Source: Nemertoderma westbladi
Taxonomy: Eukaryota; Animalia; Xenacoelomorpha
Assembly (NCBI GenBank): GCA_032718475.1
Contig: JAUCBJ010007147.1
Coordinates: 44,083 to 108,082 of the forward strand
Length of the DNA stretch: 64,000 nt
Direction: 5' to 3'
The position numbers and the translations under genes are program-made. The notes under the pieces were generated by a model. It did no database searches, had not been told where the DNA came from, and saw only the letters and a program-made list of their open reading frames with translations. Of this stretch, positions 59,552-64,000 are shown one piece after another. How positions within the stretch are numbered: the stretch's first letter is position 1; the number at the start of each line of letters is the position of its first letter.

Positions 59552-61237
59552 GAAAGTCCTAACTTTGAAAGTCCTCAGCAAGTATCGGATCGGATGAGCA
59601 TAAGCTCAAAGGATGGTATGCTTGAGCATGTGGACGACTTCTGTTACCTGGGATCATGGATCCGGAAGGCAGGTGAGGACCTTCGAATATGTAAGGGAAA
59701 GGCATGGGCAGCCTTGAATAGGCTTTCCAGGATTTGGAAGTCACCTAGAATTAATCGGAAACTTAAGGTCCGATTATTTAGAGCAGCAGTAGTTCCAGTA
59801 CTCCTCTACGGGAGTCCATGCTGGGCTCTAACTGCTGAGGACACCAAATCTCTGGATGGCACATTCACAAGAATGCTACGCCGGGTACATTGTGTCAAGT
59901 ACAATGCACACATCTCCAACCAGACACTATATAACATTGGAGGTGTCAATTCAATTCAATTCAATATAAATTTAATCCTTCTTGATGTATGAAATTCATT
60001 GTATTGCACGCACCCAAATACCATAAAATGTGGATATATATTGTAAATAGTTAAGAAAAAAGTTGGAGGGGTGTCAGGGAACGATGTAAGGACACGGAGG
60101 CTAGCTAATAGCAGGGCTAGTAGACGCTAGCCACCGGGGGGGGGGGGGGGGGGGTGGGGGTGAGAGAGGAGTGGGTAGGGGGGGAGGGAGGTTACATCTG
60201 AATACTCATAATTTAGGGTAGTTTTTATTAGTTTCGAAATTTATTAATTATATTTTTGAACCGTGGGACTAATCTTGTAAATAGTTACTTTTGTATGTAA
60301 TAAGTAAGGTAACGTCAGCGGGAAATCTGTAGGCGACGGATGTACAATGCGGATGGAATTAAGATTTTTGCAATTTGAAATAAAATTAAAATTGGGCAAA
60401 GACGCAGGCCAGTGATATGGTTTGTATGGGAGTGAAATTGGTTATAATTTAGAAATTAGATGAAGTTTGTAATTTTTTGAAAATGTCGGTTTGGATTTTT
60501 TGTTACGCATATCACAAGGGATGGTACTCCAAATAGATGGGCCTTGAAAACACATGGATTTTTGGGAAGAGGTTAGACGAAATAGCGGTAAACAAAAGTT
60601 TCCTAAAGATGAAAAGCGGGTGGCGTAATTGTGTATGGATGAAGTTTTAGTAAATAAAGAACCGAGATCAGAGGTGGGGCTTATAATGTGGTGGTGGATA
60701 TCATGCATGAAAAGGCCGGCCTGGTGTTTATACAGTAAGTTTAAAGGTAGAATTCGTAGTGATTTGTATAGAGGCGCAGAGGACGATTGTGAGTGACTGA
60801 AAGTAATGCATCTGATAATTTTGTTTATTTTAACTCTAAGTGGATGAAGGGTGGTGGAATGAGTACTTCCCCAAAGTAGAATACCGTACTGTATGTAAGG
60901 GTGAATTAGGGTGAAATAATTAGGGTGTCTCATTGGTTACCCCAAGCTTGACACTAGAACAAAATCGCCTCCACTTTGCAGGACATTGCTTTCGCCGTGA
61001 GGACCAGCCAGTGCATAATCTTGTACTTTGGCAGCCTCATGGAGTGAATAAGCATGGTGGACAGCCCATGACTTTCTTGAGACGCATCTTAAAGGACACT
61101 GGCCTTAAAGATGTGGATGATCTAGCAAATGTCATGGGTGATAGGGAGTTGTGGCGGTGCAATTTTGTTGACAAGCCGGCACAGCATTCTTAAAAATGCA
61201 GCTGCAATGCAGCATGCCGATCCTAGTAGTAGTAGTA
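59552..61237 (+). mobile_element. RTE family B 3' fragment with (TAG)n tail, split by a LINE insertion
   Basis: Matches 57770-58458. Confidence 0.9.
59948..60923 (-). mobile_element. 5'-truncated Daphne/Crack-like LINE with (ATTGA)n tail; TSD GGTGTC
   Basis: LIHPYIQYGILLWG, SAPLYKSLRIL, HNYATR, GPSIW; GGTGTC at 59942-59947 and 60924-60929. Confidence 0.85.
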
Positions 61238-61465
61238 CTGTAAAAAATTGACGTTAAAAATTAACGTTAAAGTAACGTTAAAAAATGTGATATTGTTAGA
61301 TAATTGTAAATTTTTGACGTATAATTGCTGTAAAAAATTAACGTTAAAAATTGACAGAATTCTAACGTATTTTACCGTAGGTTTATGGTTAAATTCTAAC
61401 TGTCATTTTTTAACGAATGTCTAACATAAACCCAACATTAGATTAACGTTGGTGGTTTGCAGGGT

Positions 61466-63122
61466 AAGTAGGACTGTAAAATGTATCGTATACAAGTTAG
61501 GGGCTATCTGCTATCAGATTTGCGTACAAGTTGATAGGTGATTTCTCCCCAGTGCTCTGAATGTCACGTTGAAGAAATTCATTGAAGCACGGGTAAACAG
61601 TGGGAGTAAATTTGACTCTCTTAAGGGGAAGTTGAAGAACCGTATATAAGTCAAAAACCGTATATAAGTCAAAAACCGTATTTAAGTCAAAAACCGTATA
61701 TATGTTAAGTGGACTGTTAAAATGTACCGTCTACAAGTTAGGGGCTACCTGCTATCAGATTTGCGTACAAGTTGATAGGTGATTTCTGCCCAGTGCTCTG
61801 AATGTCACGTTGAAGAAATTCATTGAAGCGCGGGTAAACAGCAGGAGTATCTATGACTCTCTTAAGGGAAGTTAAAAACCGTATATAAGTCAAAAACCGT
61901 ATATAAGTCAAAAACCGTATATAAGTTAAGTAGGACTGTAAAATGTATCGTATACAAGTTAGGGGCTACCTGCAATCAGATTTGCGTACAAGTTGATAGG
62001 CGATTTCTGCCTAGTGCTCTGAATGTCACGTTGAAGAAATTCATTGAAGCACGGGTAATCAGCGGGAGTATCTATGACTCTCTTAAGGGAAATTAAAAAC
62101 CGTATATAAGTAAAAAACGGTATATAATTCAAAAACCGTATATAAGTAAAAAACGGTATATAATTCAAAAACCGTATATAAGTTAAGTAGGACTGTAAAA
62201 TGTACCGTATACAAGTTCGGTGCTACCTGCTATCAGATTTGCATACAAGTTGATAGGTGATTTCTGCCCAGTGCACTGAATGTCACGTTGAAGAAATTCA
62301 TTGAAGCACGGGTAATCAGTGGGAGTATAACTATGACTCTCTTAAGGGAAATTAAAAACCGTATATAAGTCAAAAATGGTATATAATTCAAAAACCGTAT
62401 ATTAGTTAAGTGGACTGTAAAATGTATCGTATACAAGTTCGGTGCTACCTGCTATCAGATTTGCATACAAGTTGATAGGTGATTTCTGCCCAGTGCACTG
62501 AATGTCACGTTGAAGAAATTCATTGAAGCACGGGTAAACAGTGGGAGTAAATTTGACTCTCTTAAGGGGAAGTTAAGAACCGTATATAAGTTAAAAAATG
62601 TATATAAGTCAAAAATCGTTATAAGTTAAGTGGACTGTAAAATGTATCGTCTACAAGTTCGGTGCTACCTGCTATCAGATTTGCATACAAGTTGATAGGT
62701 GATTTCTGCCCAGTGCACTGAATGTCACGTTGAAGAAATTCATTGAAGCGCAGGTAAACATTGGGAGTAGTAACTATGACTCTCTTAAGGGGAAGTTAAA
62801 AACCGTCTAGAAGTAAAAAAACGTATATAAGTCAAAAACGTATATAAGTTAAGTGGACTGTAAAATGTATCGTCTACAAGTTCGGTGCTACCTGCTATCA
62901 GATTTGCATACAAGTTGATAGGTGATTTCTGCTCAGTGCACTGAATGTCACGTTGAAGAAATTCATTGAAGCGCGGGTAAACAGCGGGAGTATCTATGAC
63001 TCGCTTAAGGGAAATTAAAAACCGTATATAAGTCAAAAACGGTATATAATTCAAAAACCGTATATTAGTTAAGTGGATTGTAAAATGTATCGTATACAAG
63101 TTTGGTGCTACCTGCTATCAGA
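61466..63122. repeat. Satellite of ~7.3 monomers (220-257 bp), each with a variable number of ~20-bp AAAAACCGTATATAAGTC subrepeats
   Basis: Monomer starts near 61466, 61704, 61925, 62182, 62406, 62626, 62848 and 63068. Confidence 0.95.
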
Positions 63123-64000
63123 TGATATGGTCTACTGCTGTACTGGTTTAGTTGGTTAATATCATAATGTCACTAAGACTAGATTCGTCACTACAACAAG
63201 ACCCATCCGACGGACCCGATCCATCTGTCCTTCATTTGTTGATGCTCCCGGTGTTCGCGCTTTCAGACCTTTGGCAGTTTAATCCGCCAAATTAAGATGT
63301 CTTCTAGATATTAAATCGCTTTTTAGCCTATGACAAGTATTTGATTCACTACACTAGTCGAAACCAATCTGTGCGCGATCATTCACCCGCTGGATATTCC
63401 CGGGAGATTGGGTTCGACGGTTTAATTTTATTGCTATGTAAGCCTAATGTATTATTCGACTGACAGTATTATATAATCTCTGACAATATTATTCACTTTA
63501 GGGAATATTAACAGTTCCTTTAGGACGTGGCGCTTTATTTATATAAACAGAGTTATGACTTAAACTACTCACAACGATATGGCTTAATTATAATTCACAT
63601 ATATGGCGCATTCTTTAGGAAATGCTTCTTTAACAGACTCACTCGTACACAATGCTGCACAATACTGCACACTAATCTGCCAATCTTCACTGATTTTAGT
63701 CACATATAAAAGGAACACAGACTGACTCATGTAGGGTCTATCAAATAACATTAGATTCACTTCAAACCACTTTAACATAAGTCACAATCGTTATTGGTAA
63801 CCTTTCTCTCTTACCTTCGGTATATCAAGAATATTGGGTTTTCGGGGTTATTTCTCGTTATTCCAATATAATAATTCATCAACCAATATAATGAATAACC
63901 GACAACAAATAGCAATATACAGTATTGATTGAGCAGGTAAATTTTAGCAGTGAGATATTCAAGTGATTAAAAGCCAGTGTACAGTTGCAGCCGCCAGATC

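Noticed and set aside
58422-59992. ORFs 58422-59114 and 59414-59992 as novel fusion proteins
   Set aside because: Chance in-frame joins across RTE-A/RTE-B insertion junctions.

Overview
Eukaryotic (animal-like) heterochromatin-type window made almost entirely of nested transposable elements. I recognise no cellular gene, tRNA, rRNA or CRISPR array. Contents: (1) a BEL/Pao LTR retrotransposon (<1-9497) with a large extra ORF between pol and the 3' LTR, encoding a WRN/EXD-like DEDD 3'-5' exonuclease domain, a coiled coil and three CCHC zinc knuckles; two more degenerate copies lie at 9498-12219 and 19392-23252, and a much more divergent homolog at 48219-50486; (2) a second BEL/Pao family with long LTRs, one copy with gag ending in ~25 ERPRDSL repeats; (3) several LINEs: two RTE families, one L2-clade element, Daphne/Crack-like fragments, and a Proto2/RTEX-like element with an open ORF2 that seems to need UAG readthrough; (4) a Penelope remnant with a minimal hammerhead ribozyme; (5) two Polinton/Maverick fragments; (6) piggyBac-type and other MITEs and satellites. 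The strongest candidate for an undescribed system is the LTR-retrotransposon-borne exonuclease/zinc-knuckle gene family, with its upstream hairpin array and structured 3' UTR. All assignments come from reading motifs by eye; no database searches were run.
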